A DNA stretch of 64,000 nt. Origin: Candidatus Bathyarchaeota archaeon (GTDB lineage: Archaea > Thermoproteota > Bathyarchaeia > Bathyarchaeales > Bathycorpusculaceae). The position numbers were made by a program, and so were the translations under genes. Under the pieces are notes generated by a model. The model had not been told where the DNA came from, ran no database searches, and was given only the letters and a program-made list of their open reading frames with translations. The stretch covers positions 160,001 through 224,000 of the forward strand of contig CAWABA010000009.1 in NCBI GenBank assembly GCA_963780185.1, in the 5' to 3' direction. Below, piece by piece: positions 1-9,634 of this stretch. Position 1 is the stretch's first letter; each line of letters begins with the position of its first letter.

Positions 1-452
1 TCTTCATAACATCCAAAGGCGACATAGTTATCCAAATGCGAAATGACAAACCAATCACAACCGCCAACTTCATCAAGCTGGTTAACATGGGCTACTACAA
101 CAACACCATCTTCCAGCGAGTTATCGCGGGCTTCATGATTCAGGGCGGAGAAGGAAAAACAACCCAGCCAACCATCAAGAACCTCGAGAGCGGAGATGGC
201 AACAGCAACCTCAACATGACCATCGCGATGGCGAACGCAGGCGGTGCGAACACAGCAAGCACGCAGTTCTTCATCAACGTAGCCGACAACAGCGACCTCA
301 ATTCCGGATACACAGTCTTCGGGCAAGTCATCTACGGGCAAAACGTTGTGATGGCGATTTCGAACACGCCTGTAGGGTACAGCACCGAATACCAAGCAAA
401 CGTTCTGCCGATAACGACGGTAACTATCACGGGCGCAGTTGTCATGCCCTAG
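1..452 (+). CDS. Cyclophilin-type peptidyl-prolyl cis-trans isomerase, 5'-truncated by the window edge
   Basis: The frame is open from position 3 (FITSKGDIVIQM...). Cyclophilin motifs FQRVIAGFMIQGG, IAMANAG, TQFFIN and YTVFGQV are present. Confidence 0.93.
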   Translation, partial: FITSKGDIVIQMRNDKPITTANFIKLVNMGYYNNTIFQRVIAGFMIQGGEGKTTQPTIKNLESGDGNSNLNMTIAMANAGGANTASTQFFINVADNSDLNSGYTVFGQVIYGQNVVMAISNTPVGYSTEYQANVLPITTVTITGAVVMP

Positions 453-720
453 GTTCCTCTAACTTCTTATTTTTTTTTAGATATTCCAAAAAACGTCTGG
501 AACCTTTAGCTACGTGAGTCAAGTTATGGGTTGAATGGGGTAGCTAGCAAATAAACGTGGTTTTGGAATTTAGAAATTTTGAATTCGAAACGTAAAAGCA
601 TAGAATGTGTATTTTTGTTTAACTAATCCTGCGTTTTACCTCTCATGCATAAGGCTTATAAATCAAAAATCATGATTTCAAATAAATAACAAGGGCTAAA
701 AAGCTAAGAGTTGAACCTTT

Positions 721-2151
721 ATGTTTAGAAACATTTCAAAAAAGAAAGTGTTTTTCGTCTCGGCGTTATTATTGTCAATCGTTTTCCTTGTCAGCATATG
801 CATTGGATTTGCTTCGGCTCAAACGGCGAGTCCTTCGCCAACGCCCCCGACAAGCACCGTGACGCCTTCATTCAACATGTACGCTTGCCCGTCTTCATTC
901 TCGGCGGTAGCTGGAACAACCCAAACCTCAACCATAAAAGTTTACTCAGTCGCCAAATTTGCAGGCACACTCGACTTGTCCTGTTCCACTAGCAACGGAA
1001 TAACCTGCAGCCTAGCCTCAGCATCGTTAACACTCAAAAGCAATCAGGCTAAAACGGCAACTGCCACAATAACTATTCCGTCAACGACCGTAGCTGGCAA
1101 ATACCAAATAACAGTGATGGCAAAAAGCGAAGTCGGAACTCTAACCCGGTCCGCATCCATCGTGGTCCAGGTGATAAAACCAGACTTTAACATCCAAGCT
1201 CGTCCCTCTTGCCTCTCGATTGCCAGCGGAACAACGGAGAACGTAATCATCAGTGCAAACTCGCTTAGCCGATTCAACGGAACCGTAGCGTTAACGGCTT
1301 CAGCTCCAAGCGGCTGGCAAACCCCAGTCCTCGCTAAATCCTTTTTGAAGCTCACTTACAATCAAGCTGACAGCACTTCGCTTGCTATTTCGGTGCCTGC
1401 TCAAACAGCCTCTGGAAAATACGCGGTGGTGGTCACTGGAATCAGCGGTTCGCTGTCTCACTCCGTGACCTTAACGGTGGAAGTTTTAAACCCCGACTTC
1501 AACATTTATGCCTCCCCATCATGCCTTAGCCTCGTAGCTGGAACAACTGGAACCTCAACCATACATGTAGGTCCCGTCAACCGATTCAACGGAACAGTCG
1601 CTTTGGCGACGTCAGGTCCCTCAGGTTGGAGTACACCTGCTTTAGCGTCATCTTCAGTCGCAATCACTTACGCCACCAGCGCCACAACCACCTTATCCAT
1701 CGCCGTGCCCTCAGACGCAGCAGCGGGAACATACGCCGTAACGGTGACAAGCACAAGCGGCTCGCTCAGCCGCACTGCAACTGTTAACATCCAAGTCATT
1801 AGACCAACCATCACACTCAAATCGTCCCCAACTCAAATTGCGATACCTGCAGGATCAACTAAAAGCGTGACAATTGGAGTGGTGGGCGGCGGCCGCTACA
1901 ACGGCACGATCTCGCTTTCTGTAACTGCGCCATCCACTTGGACAACCACGCTCGCAAAGCCAACTCTTACCGTTAAGTACAACCAATGCACCGACTCTAC
2001 AAGCCTGCAAATAACAGTTCCAGCAGGCGCATCGGCGGGCAAATACTCAGTAACCATCACGGGAACAAGCAATCCTCTAAGCCTAACCAGCAGCACAGCC
2101 ATAACCGTCACAGTTACCGGTACCGGTACATACCACCCCCTAAAGGCATAA
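721..2151 (+). CDS. Secreted Ser/Thr-rich protein with about four tandem ~100-aa Ig-like beta-sandwich repeats
   Basis: Signal peptide ending ASA-Q and a PT-rich linker. Repeats of the form PDFNI.A.PS.LS..AGTT...RFNGTVAL....P.GW...AGKY.VTVTG.SGSLS. No C-terminal TM helix. Confidence 0.8.
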   Translation: MFRNISKKKVFFVSALLLSIVFLVSICIGFASAQTASPSPTPPTSTVTPSFNMYACPSSFSAVAGTTQTSTIKVYSVAKFAGTLDLSCSTSNGITCSLASASLTLKSNQAKTATATITIPSTTVAGKYQITVMAKSEVGTLTRSASIVVQVIKPDFNIQARPSCLSIASGTTENVIISANSLSRFNGTVALTASAPSGWQTPVLAKSFLKLTYNQADSTSLAISVPAQTASGKYAVVVTGISGSLSHSVTLTVEVLNPDFNIYASPSCLSLVAGTTGTSTIHVGPVNRFNGTVALATSGPSGWSTPALASSSVAITYATSATTTLSIAVPSDAAAGTYAVTVTSTSGSLSRTATVNIQVIRPTITLKSSPTQIAIPAGSTKSVTIGVVGGGRYNGTISLSVTAPSTWTTTLAKPTLTVKYNQCTDSTSLQITVPAGASAGKYSVTITGTSNPLSLTSSTAITVTVTGTGTYHPLKA

Positions 2152-2363
2152 ATTGAAATAAAAACTATCCTTCCCCATCTTTTTTGGGACTTGCTTAAAA
2201 AGCGCCTTTTTCGCCCAGCGGAAATTAGGCAGCTTTTTTGTCTTTTTATTTGGGAATTTGGAAAAAAGGGGTGTTTTGTGCTTAAATATTTGGTTGACGC
2301 TATTGTGAATCTAAGAAATTAATTAACTGAATCATTGCCTGAATCTCGTTTGGAGTTGATTTA

Positions 2364-3593
2364 GTGAAGTACATCCTGGTTGTTGGAGATGGAATGGCTG
2401 ATTGTCCTGTCCCTGAACTCGGAGGCAAAACCCCTCTTCAAGTCGCATACAAACCCAACATGGATTCAATCGCCGCCAACGGGCAAAGCGGACTGCTAAG
2501 AACCGTTCCCGACGAATGCGTCCCAGGCTCAGACACCGCGATCTGCTCCTTGATGGGGTACGACCCGAGGATTTACAACACAGGCAGAGGACCACTCGAA
2601 GCCCCCACAAGAGGCATAAAACTTGGAGCAAACGACGCGGCATACAGGTGCAACTTGATAACTGAAGCAGACGAAGCCATCCTTGATTACTCTTCGGGAC
2701 ACATAACCAGCGAGGAAGCTTCCCAACTGATAGGCGCCGTGGAAGAAGCGTTTGGCAAGCGAGGCAAAATCGAGTTTTACTCTGGGATGGGATACAGACA
2801 CTTCTTGATACTGCGCAACTTCCCACACCCTGAACTGGTAGAATGTACTCCGCCGCATGACGCCATAGGCGTGAAGGTTTCAGCGGTTATGCCGAAAGCC
2901 AAAGCAAAAAAAGCCGAAAAAGACGCTCAACTACTCCGAGACATGATCGAGGGTTCACGAGATATCCTGCGAAGCCACCCCGTCAATGTCACGCGTGAGA
3001 AAGCGGGCAAAAGGCCTGGCAACCTGATTTGGCCTTGGGGCGGAGGCAAAAAACCGTCCATGCCGACTTTGAAGGAAAAATTCGGGTTAACAGGCGCCGT
3101 CATATCTGCAGTTGACTTGGTTAAGGGCATCGGCACTTACGCTGGCATGGAAATCATAAAGGTTCCCGGCGCAACAGGCTTGTACGACACCGATTACGAG
3201 GGCAAAGCAGACGCGACGCTTAGAGCATTGCGAAATGTAGATTTGGTTTTCGTCCACGTTGAAGCGCCCGACGAGGCAGGTCACGCAAAAGACGCTAAGC
3301 TTAAAGTGAAGACGATTGAGGATTTAGATAAGAGACTTCTCGGCAGAATTCTCGGCGGCTTAACGGAGCCTTACGCAATTTCGATTTCACCCGACCACCC
3401 AACACCCGTTGGAACTGGCACCCATTCAAGAGAACCCGTGCCGTTCGCGATCAAGTCGCCTGGGCTTGAGCCTGACGGAGTCAAAAAGTTCGATGAGGAA
3501 TCCGCTAAAAAAGGCGCCTTCGGCACAGTAACCGACGACTACTTGATTTCAATGCTTGTCAACGCAGGCAAGCAGGTTCCGCCAAAAGAATAG
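2364..3593 (+). CDS. apgM: Cofactor-independent phosphoglycerate mutase, archaeal ApgM type
   Basis: Motifs DGMAD, GKTPL, PGSD, GRGPLEA, HVEAPDEAGH, SPDHPTP and TH...PVPF. Confidence 0.93.
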   Translation: MKYILVVGDGMADCPVPELGGKTPLQVAYKPNMDSIAANGQSGLLRTVPDECVPGSDTAICSLMGYDPRIYNTGRGPLEAPTRGIKLGANDAAYRCNLITEADEAILDYSSGHITSEEASQLIGAVEEAFGKRGKIEFYSGMGYRHFLILRNFPHPELVECTPPHDAIGVKVSAVMPKAKAKKAEKDAQLLRDMIEGSRDILRSHPVNVTREKAGKRPGNLIWPWGGGKKPSMPTLKEKFGLTGAVISAVDLVKGIGTYAGMEIIKVPGATGLYDTDYEGKADATLRALRNVDLVFVHVEAPDEAGHAKDAKLKVKTIEDLDKRLLGRILGGLTEPYAISISPDHPTPVGTGTHSREPVPFAIKSPGLEPDGVKKFDEESAKKGAFGTVTDDYLISMLVNAGKQVPPKE

Positions 3594-3625
3594 CCAACCT
3601 CCGGGGCTTTGGGTTTTTGTTCTCG

Positions 3626-4210
3626 CTATTTCTTGAGTAGACCCACTATTCCCTTCTTGTAGATTGCAGCTAGGGCGAGAGCATTTATCGCTATGAGGTA
3701 CGCTGGAAACGCATATTCTGAAAAGGTCCACATGGTAGCGGCGGCGAAGCTTGTTGCAGGGGCGAAGGAACCCACTACGAAGGGCCACGGCGACTCCGAC
3801 TCAGGGTAGCTCCAACTCTTTGTTAGCGTTGGGACGGCGGCTAGGGCGTCGCTTGCAATTGCCAAGGTTATCGCCAGGTTCGGATCCCTTGTGACGAGCC
3901 AAAGGATTATGGCGAGGGCTGAGAGGACGCCGCAGGCGTAGTCGAAGGACGAGATTTTCCAGGTTCCCTTTGTGAAGAAAGAAGCAACAAAAATCAGGAA
4001 GGGACCGAACCCCGACATGAAAACTGGAAGAACTGCCCACCCCACGCCGCTGCTAACAGCCGCCGCCGTCGCGATAAACGGCGCAATAGTCCACATAAAC
4101 CAGCTAATCCTGTTGGGTTTGGCGCCTCCCCTGAACATCGAACGTATATAAACCGCTGCTGCAAGCAACGAAATCGCTGCGGCAACGAACACAAGGTACT
4201 CAAGCGCCAT
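3626..4210 (-). CDS. Multi-pass membrane protein of unknown function
   Basis: About six hydrophobic segments and KPN..SW..W / PT..K.W..P..E motifs, reminiscent of PQ-loop-like small membrane proteins. ATG at 4210; an in-frame TTG lies at 4219. Confidence 0.75.
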   Translation of the reverse strand: MALEYLVFVAAAISLLAAAVYIRSMFRGGAKPNRISWFMWTIAPFIATAAAVSSGVGWAVLPVFMSGFGPFLIFVASFFTKGTWKISSFDYACGVLSALAIILWLVTRDPNLAITLAIASDALAAVPTLTKSWSYPESESPWPFVVGSFAPATSFAAATMWTFSEYAFPAYLIAINALALAAIYKKGIVGLLKK

Positions 4211-4399
4211 GCGAGCCAAATCCGACTTATGGTTGCCTCTCAGTTTGCAGCTTTAACCTTAAATTCTTATGCGAAACACTCTCGACTTTCGGACGGTTTT
4301 CCGAAGCGTGGCGCAAGTTAGGTTTTTGGCTTTTTAGGCTGGCTTTTTTGCTGAAGTTTTGCTAGGTGCTGGGTTCCATGAGGCATGTGGCTAGCTGTT

Positions 4400-4708
4400 T
4401 TAGCAGCCTGCTTGGATGTTTTTGTGGTCGATGTCTTTTATTCGTTTGCTGATGGCTTTCTGGATGTCTGGGTCTCCCTCGACATGTTTGGCTTCAACCA
4501 GAAGGTCTTTTGCGACGCATAGGCTTTTTTCGCCGAATATGTTGGCGAAGTTGCTGGATCGTTTCTCAAGAAGACGCAGGTATCTGGGTAGGATGCAGAC
4601 GAAGTTGAGCGGGTAACGTTTTCCCTTATCTAAGTCTACGACGACTAGTTGGACGTTCCTGTCGAGTTTCTGGTTGCCTTTTTTGACTGCATACAGTTTT
4701 AGGTTCAT
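4400..4708 (-). CDS. Hypothetical protein, 102 aa
   Basis: ATG preceded by a GGTGGGG RBS-like sequence. Plausible composition. Confidence 0.7.
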   Translation of the reverse strand: MNLKLYAVKKGNQKLDRNVQLVVVDLDKGKRYPLNFVCILPRYLRLLEKRSSNFANIFGEKSLCVAKDLLVEAKHVEGDPDIQKAISKRIKDIDHKNIQAGC

Positions 4709-4966
4709 TTTTCCCCACCGACCGCTAACTTGTCAAGTTTTTGTTCACCGCAAGTTTAACTTTTCTTCACCCTTGTTTGCGCCTCTAGCAAATATTAAGT
4801 TTCTTGCAAAGCCCAATCAGGTAATTTGTTAAATCCAATTCCTACCATGAATCCTCAACAGCTAACCAAGCCCACCAACCATAAACGGTTGGTTTTTCAG
4901 GCAGAAGCCCCCATTTTCAAAGTAAAAGGTTAAAACACGCCGCAAACAGATGAAGCCTCAGGAAAA

Positions 4967-7858
4967 ATGCAGAATCAACCCACCGTTTTCAATTTGCTTG
5001 CTGCACCTGTTCAAAAAGCGTTAGCCGAGCTTGGCTTCATCGACCCCACTTCTCCGCAGACCCAAGCGTTCCCAGCGGTGATCGAAGGCAAAAACGTTCT
5101 TCTAATTGCCCCAACCGGAAGCGGAAAAACAGAGGCAGTTCTTCTACCCGTCTTCTCCAAGCTGATTGAACAGCCAACCCAAGGTCAGAAGGGAATAAGG
5201 GTGCTCTACATTACGCCTCTTCGCGCCTTAAACCGCGACATGCTAAAACGCCTGACACTTTGGGCGCAGAAACTTGGCTTTACCGTGGAAGTCCGTCATG
5301 GCGACACCGAGCAGAAAACGCGGCGAATGCAAGCCAAAAACCCGCCGACCCTGCTGGTTACCACACCTGAAACCCTGCAGGCAGTGCTTCCCGGAGCCCA
5401 AATGCGTCAGCACCTGCGAAACGTCGAAGTCGTCATCGTGGACGAGGTGCATGATTTGGCTTCAAGCAAACGCGGCGCCCAACTTTCCATTGCTCTTGAG
5501 CGGCTACAGTTGGTTACGGGCAGGGGCTTCCAGAGAATCGGTTTGTCAGCAACTGTCGGGAACCCGCAGGAAATCGCCAAGTACATCGCTGGAGATCGCC
5601 GAAAAATAAGCATCATAGAAGCCTCGCCTCAGAAAAGCTACCGCTACAACGTAGAAAACCCAACGCCGACCGAAGCTGATTACGAGTTGGCTGGAAAGTT
5701 GGAGACGTCGCCTGAAGCTGCGGCAAGGATTAAGCGGATTTTGGAGCTTGTGGATTCGCATAAGTCAACGCTTGTTTTCGTTAACAGCCGCACGGTCGCG
5801 GAGGTTTTGGGGCATAAGCTTCAGCAGCTTAAACGGGACGACATCGCGGTTCATCATGGCTCCATCAGTAAAGAGGAAAGAATCGCGATTGAAGACGAGT
5901 TCAAGGCTGGGCAACTGAAAGCCATCATTTGCACGAGTACTTTGGAGTTGGGCATAGACATCGGCAACGTGGATTTGGTTGTCCAGTATATGTCGCCTCG
6001 GCAGGTAAACAGCCTCATTCAACGAGTCGGCAGAAGTGGACACAGCTTAGACAGGGCTTCTGAGGGCACTATAATCACGGTTTACCCCGACGACACCTTG
6101 GAAGCTTTGGCGTCGATAAAAAACGCCAAAAACAACCTGATTGAACCCGTGCTGATGCATGAGGGGGCGCTTGATGTTTTGTCGCATCAAATCGCTGGGC
6201 TGCTAATGGATCTGCAACAGGTCAGTCTGGATGAGTTGTCGCGTCTGCTGCATAGGTCGTATCTGTACCGAAACTTGGGGAAAAATGAGTTGCTGGACAT
6301 GATACACTTTTTAGATAGCCTAAACCATTTAAGATTCGACGAAGTCGACCAAGTTTTGACTAAAACACGCCGAACCCGCGAATACTACTACAGCAACCTC
6401 TCGATGATTCCAGACGAACGACGCTACCCCGTCATAAACATCCTCTCCGACCGAAAAATCGGCACGTTAGGAGACGAATTCATGGCGTTGCATGCGCGGG
6501 TGGGGTTGAATTTCATCATGAAGGGCAAGGTGTGGCGTATTGTGCAGATTGAAGATGAAGCGGGAACCGTGCATGTGTTGCCGTCTGAAGACCCGTTTGC
6601 GTCTGTTCCCGGCTGGGACGGAGAAATCTTGCCTGTGCCCTTCGAGCTTGCCCAGCAAACAGGGCGCAACAGGGAACGAATTGCGCAGGTGCTCAGGGAG
6701 ACTGGAGAAGTTAAGGCTGCTGCTGAGGTTTTAGCCAAGGAATTAGGCTCAGACAAAGACAGCATGCTTGAGGCAATCTCCGAGGTTGACGAACAAATAA
6801 GGCAGAACGCGCCTCTGCCCACTGAGAAACATGTTGTTCTGGAGGTTTACGACAAATACCTGATTGTTCACGCTTGCTTCGGTGAGTTGGTTAACAAGAC
6901 ACTGGGCGGCGTCTTCGACACAGTGCTGTCCGAGCGCGAACTCATCACGGGTTGGTGGACAGACGGCTACCGAATCCTACTTGAGTTGGCGCGCAAACCC
7001 AACAAGGAAGAAGTCGCCGAGCTTCCCAAAACCCTGTTCGGGCTCAGTGACAAAGCGGTTGACTCGGCGTTTGAGAAGTATTTGGAAGCCAAGTTCCCGT
7101 TCGGCTACAAGATGAAGGCGGTGGCGGAGCGCTTCGGCGTTTTGCCCCGTGGAAAAACGATGAGTCACGAGCGGCAAGCTGAGCTGCGGGCGCGGTTTGA
7201 CAACACGCCTGTTTACCGTGAAACCATCCGCGAAGCAATGATGGAAAAAGTCGATTTGCCCCAAACCAAACAAATCATGCATGACGTGGCAGCGGGAAAA
7301 ATCAAACTAACAACCTACCTAAGCTACGAAAAACCGACGCCTTTAGCCTACCATATTCTGTCAAAATACGCCGACGTCACCGAGTTGATGGCTCCTGAAC
7401 GAGTCATCGTGAACAATATTGACAAGCTCAAGATGGCGATAGATGCCCGAACGATAACGTTGATTTGCCTGAAATGTTCTCAGTGGACGGGACAGGAAAA
7501 AATCAAGGATTTGCCCATGCAGCCCCAGTGCCCCAAATGCGGTTCTGGACTTTTGGCGCCGCTTTACCGCAGCCAAGACGCCAACCAACTGTGGGATGCT
7601 TTGGCGCGAAGACGAGAAGGCAAAGAACTAACCCCGGAAGAACTCAAAGAGCTTAGCCAAGCGCGGCGGAAGGCGGATTTGATTTTGAGTTACGGCAAGG
7701 ACGCTGTGCGGGCTCTGCAGGTGAAGGGTGTGGGTCCCGAGACGGCGTCGCGGATACTGGGCAAGATGCACTCGGATGAAGACGGGTTCTACATGGACCT
7801 GCTCAAAGCGAAGGTTCAGTACCTGCGGACAAGAGAATATTGGGACAAACAAAATTGA
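4967..7858 (+). CDS. lhr: Lhr-family DEAD/DEAH-box SF2 helicase with a C-terminal Zn-finger
   Basis: Motifs APTGSGKT, TPLRAL, TTPETL, DEVH, GLSAT, HHGS, TSTLELGID and QRVGRSGH. C-terminal CxxC...CPKCG. Confidence 0.95.
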   Translation: MQNQPTVFNLLAAPVQKALAELGFIDPTSPQTQAFPAVIEGKNVLLIAPTGSGKTEAVLLPVFSKLIEQPTQGQKGIRVLYITPLRALNRDMLKRLTLWAQKLGFTVEVRHGDTEQKTRRMQAKNPPTLLVTTPETLQAVLPGAQMRQHLRNVEVVIVDEVHDLASSKRGAQLSIALERLQLVTGRGFQRIGLSATVGNPQEIAKYIAGDRRKISIIEASPQKSYRYNVENPTPTEADYELAGKLETSPEAAARIKRILELVDSHKSTLVFVNSRTVAEVLGHKLQQLKRDDIAVHHGSISKEERIAIEDEFKAGQLKAIICTSTLELGIDIGNVDLVVQYMSPRQVNSLIQRVGRSGHSLDRASEGTIITVYPDDTLEALASIKNAKNNLIEPVLMHEGALDVLSHQIAGLLMDLQQVSLDELSRLLHRSYLYRNLGKNELLDMIHFLDSLNHLRFDEVDQVLTKTRRTREYYYSNLSMIPDERRYPVINILSDRKIGTLGDEFMALHARVGLNFIMKGKVWRIVQIEDEAGTVHVLPSEDPFASVPGWDGEILPVPFELAQQTGRNRERIAQVLRETGEVKAAAEVLAKELGSDKDSMLEAISEVDEQIRQNAPLPTEKHVVLEVYDKYLIVHACFGELVNKTLGGVFDTVLSERELITGWWTDGYRILLELARKPNKEEVAELPKTLFGLSDKAVDSAFEKYLEAKFPFGYKMKAVAERFGVLPRGKTMSHERQAELRARFDNTPVYRETIREAMMEKVDLPQTKQIMHDVAAGKIKLTTYLSYEKPTPLAYHILSKYADVTELMAPERVIVNNIDKLKMAIDARTITLICLKCSQWTGQEKIKDLPMQPQCPKCGSGLLAPLYRSQDANQLWDALARRREGKELTPEELKELSQARRKADLILSYGKDAVRALQVKGVGPETASRILGKMHSDEDGFYMDLLKAKVQYLRTREYWDKQN
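7824..7849 (+). repeat. Direct repeat copy 1: 3' end of lhr
   Basis: TGCGGACAAGAGAATATTGGGACAAA, 24/26 identical to 8600-8625. Confidence 0.9.
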
Positions 7859-7869
7859 ATGTCTTGAAG

Positions 7870-8304
7870 TTAACAGAGTGGGAAGCGATTAATTTCTCTT
7901 ACAACGTCAAAATCTTGGTCGTCGCTAATTATCGTGTTTAGTTTCTTATCAATCGCTGAAGCGACATGGATGGCGTCGCGTGGTTTCAAATCATAGCGGT
8001 TCATTACCGCTTGCGCTTGACTGAGGATGTTTTCGTCAACACTTATTAATTGTAGATTTACGAAACCAAGCAGCTTTTGACCCTCGTTAACGCTTTCACT
8101 CTTGCCCAGCGTCTTTCTTACTGCCCAGACCACTTCATCCCAAGTTAGCGTCGACGTAAACGCCGCAAACTCGGCCTTCGCTATACCCTTCAAGATTTCT
8201 GAAGCGTTTTTTACTCGAATGTCTACTTCTTCAGCGTATAATATTGGGTAAATGAAAACATTTGAGTCAATGTATGCGGGTTCGTTCTTCCACTTCATTT
8301 TCAA
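7870..8304 (-). CDS. vapC: VapC-type PIN-domain toxin
   Basis: PIN acidic motifs YIDSNVF, WDEV, RDAIHVASA and ISDDQDFD. Overlaps the 3' end of the antitoxin gene. Confidence 0.92.
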   Translation of the reverse strand: MKMKWKNEPAYIDSNVFIYPILYAEEVDIRVKNASEILKGIAKAEFAAFTSTLTWDEVVWAVRKTLGKSESVNEGQKLLGFVNLQLISVDENILSQAQAVMNRYDLKPRDAIHVASAIDKKLNTIISDDQDFDVVREINRFPLC

Positions 8305-8518
8305 TTAACTCTTTAATGTTTATCCATTTCTTCAATTTTGGGGATGATGTTTGAGTGAAGTATTCCGCGTAACTTCCGTTAATTTGAGGTTTTTTTATGA
8401 CTATTTCTTGGTCGCGCATCTCGAGGGTAATTTCGACACCTGGCTTTAAACCCAGGGCATCTCTCATCTGTTTGGGGATTACAACCTGTCCTTTTGGTCC
8501 AACATTTCTTTTGGGCGT
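8267..8518 (-). CDS. vapB: AbrB/MazE-type antitoxin (VapB), start uncertain
   Basis: The frame extends upstream of the track ATG as PKRNVGPKGQVVIPKQMRDALGLKPG, an AbrB signature. The likely start is ACG at 8518 after a GGTGA RBS; the alternative is ATG at 8532 with a 1-nt frameshift. Confidence 0.85.
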   Translation of the reverse strand, partial: TPKRNVGPKGQVVIPKQMRDALGLKPGVEITLEMRDQEIVIKKPQINGSYAEYFTQTSSPKLKKWINIKELIENEVEERTRIH

Positions 8519-8599
8519 ACTATCACCGACATATCAATTGGTTCCACCAAGATTTATACTTTCCAACTAATGAGTTATACTTTTCATTCTGGTATGCCT

Positions 8600-8625
8600 T
8601 GCGGACAAGAGACTACTGGGACAAA
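8600..8625 (+). repeat. Direct repeat copy 2: orphaned alternative 3' end of lhr
   Basis: TGCGGACAAGAGACTACTGGGACAAA. 8599-8634 reads LRTRDYWDKNK*, versus LRTREYWDKQN* in lhr. Confidence 0.9.
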
Positions 8626-8673
8626 AACAAGTAACTCGGTCATTTCGTTGTTTGTTAGCGGTTTTCTGGTGCC

Positions 8674-9480
8674 TCAATGGTGCCGCAACAGAAAATTTTG
8701 CCTTTTAATGATAAACAATAGGGCAATAATTACAGCCAACAAGCTTGCAATCACTATTAGAGCTATAGAGCTCATGATTAGCCAAAGGGAAGTGGACGGA
8801 GAACCGCTGGAACCGCCAGCAGTTGAAGTTGGCTTGGATGTGGACGTTTGCGTTGGAGCTGGAGACTGTGTGGACGTTTGAGAGGATGAGGGCGTTGATG
8901 TGTAGCTTAACGGAGTGATTACGTCTATGACAGTTACTGTTTGATTTCGGCTCCATGCGCTTGCTTGACCGGAGAAAGCAGAAGGTATGGGTGGAAAATT
9001 ATGACCCCACGATATGACCCCTATCATTGCTTCAACTTGGATGTTCACTGTTCGGTTGAGAAAAGTTGACATGCTGTAGATTGGAAGGGTAATATTTGTG
9101 TAGCTGCCACTTGAAGCAGTCGGGTATGTACCGGCATCGAACAATTCGGTCCAACCCCAACTAGACTGGTCGACGGTTATTCGTACGTTGTACAAGAGGC
9201 TTCCCGAATTAGCAGGAACATTCTGATTTACAACAACCAAGGTAATAGTGTTGTACCACTCATTCTGGCCAAGTTGAGCCACAATTTGTCCTGTCAGGGG
9301 GTCTAACGAATATGTGGTTGGCACATCGCTATGCGCAATCCCCATTACAACGGTGAATTGTGGGACAGACGGTGTAGGTGTCGTCTGTGCGTATGCAAAT
9401 CTAACGACCAATGGACTCAAGCTTGAAATAGCGATAGTGAGAGTAAGAATCAATGCCACGCTTCTGCAGAGTTTACCCAT
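8674..9480 (-). CDS. Secreted, C-terminally membrane-anchored surface protein
   Basis: Signal peptide, PSVPQFTV N-terminal motif, S/T/P linker, and a C-terminal TM helix followed by basic residues. Confidence 0.8.
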   Translation of the reverse strand: MGKLCRSVALILTLTIAISSLSPLVVRFAYAQTTPTPSVPQFTVVMGIAHSDVPTTYSLDPLTGQIVAQLGQNEWYNTITLVVVNQNVPANSGSLLYNVRITVDQSSWGWTELFDAGTYPTASSGSYTNITLPIYSMSTFLNRTVNIQVEAMIGVISWGHNFPPIPSAFSGQASAWSRNQTVTVIDVITPLSYTSTPSSSQTSTQSPAPTQTSTSKPTSTAGGSSGSPSTSLWLIMSSIALIVIASLLAVIIALLFIIKRQNFLLRHH

Positions 9481-9519
9481 ACTTAGCCATTAGCGACCAA
9501 AGACGATAAAAGGCTATTC

Positions 9520-9559
9520 GTAAAGGTTCCTTGACTAAGCAGGTCAAGGTTTCTTGACT
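9520..9559. promoter_or_regulatory. Tandem palindromic operator candidates between divergent genes
   Basis: GTAAAG-GTTC-CTTGAC (9520-9535) and GTCAAG-GTTT-CTTGAC (9543-9558), 23 bp apart. Confidence 0.55.
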
Positions 9560-9634
9560 GTTCCTTCTCGTCGTCAAAAAAGGATGCGATAAGGATTTTA
9601 ACCCTGCCTAAACCTATGTTTTAGGAAAATTCCG

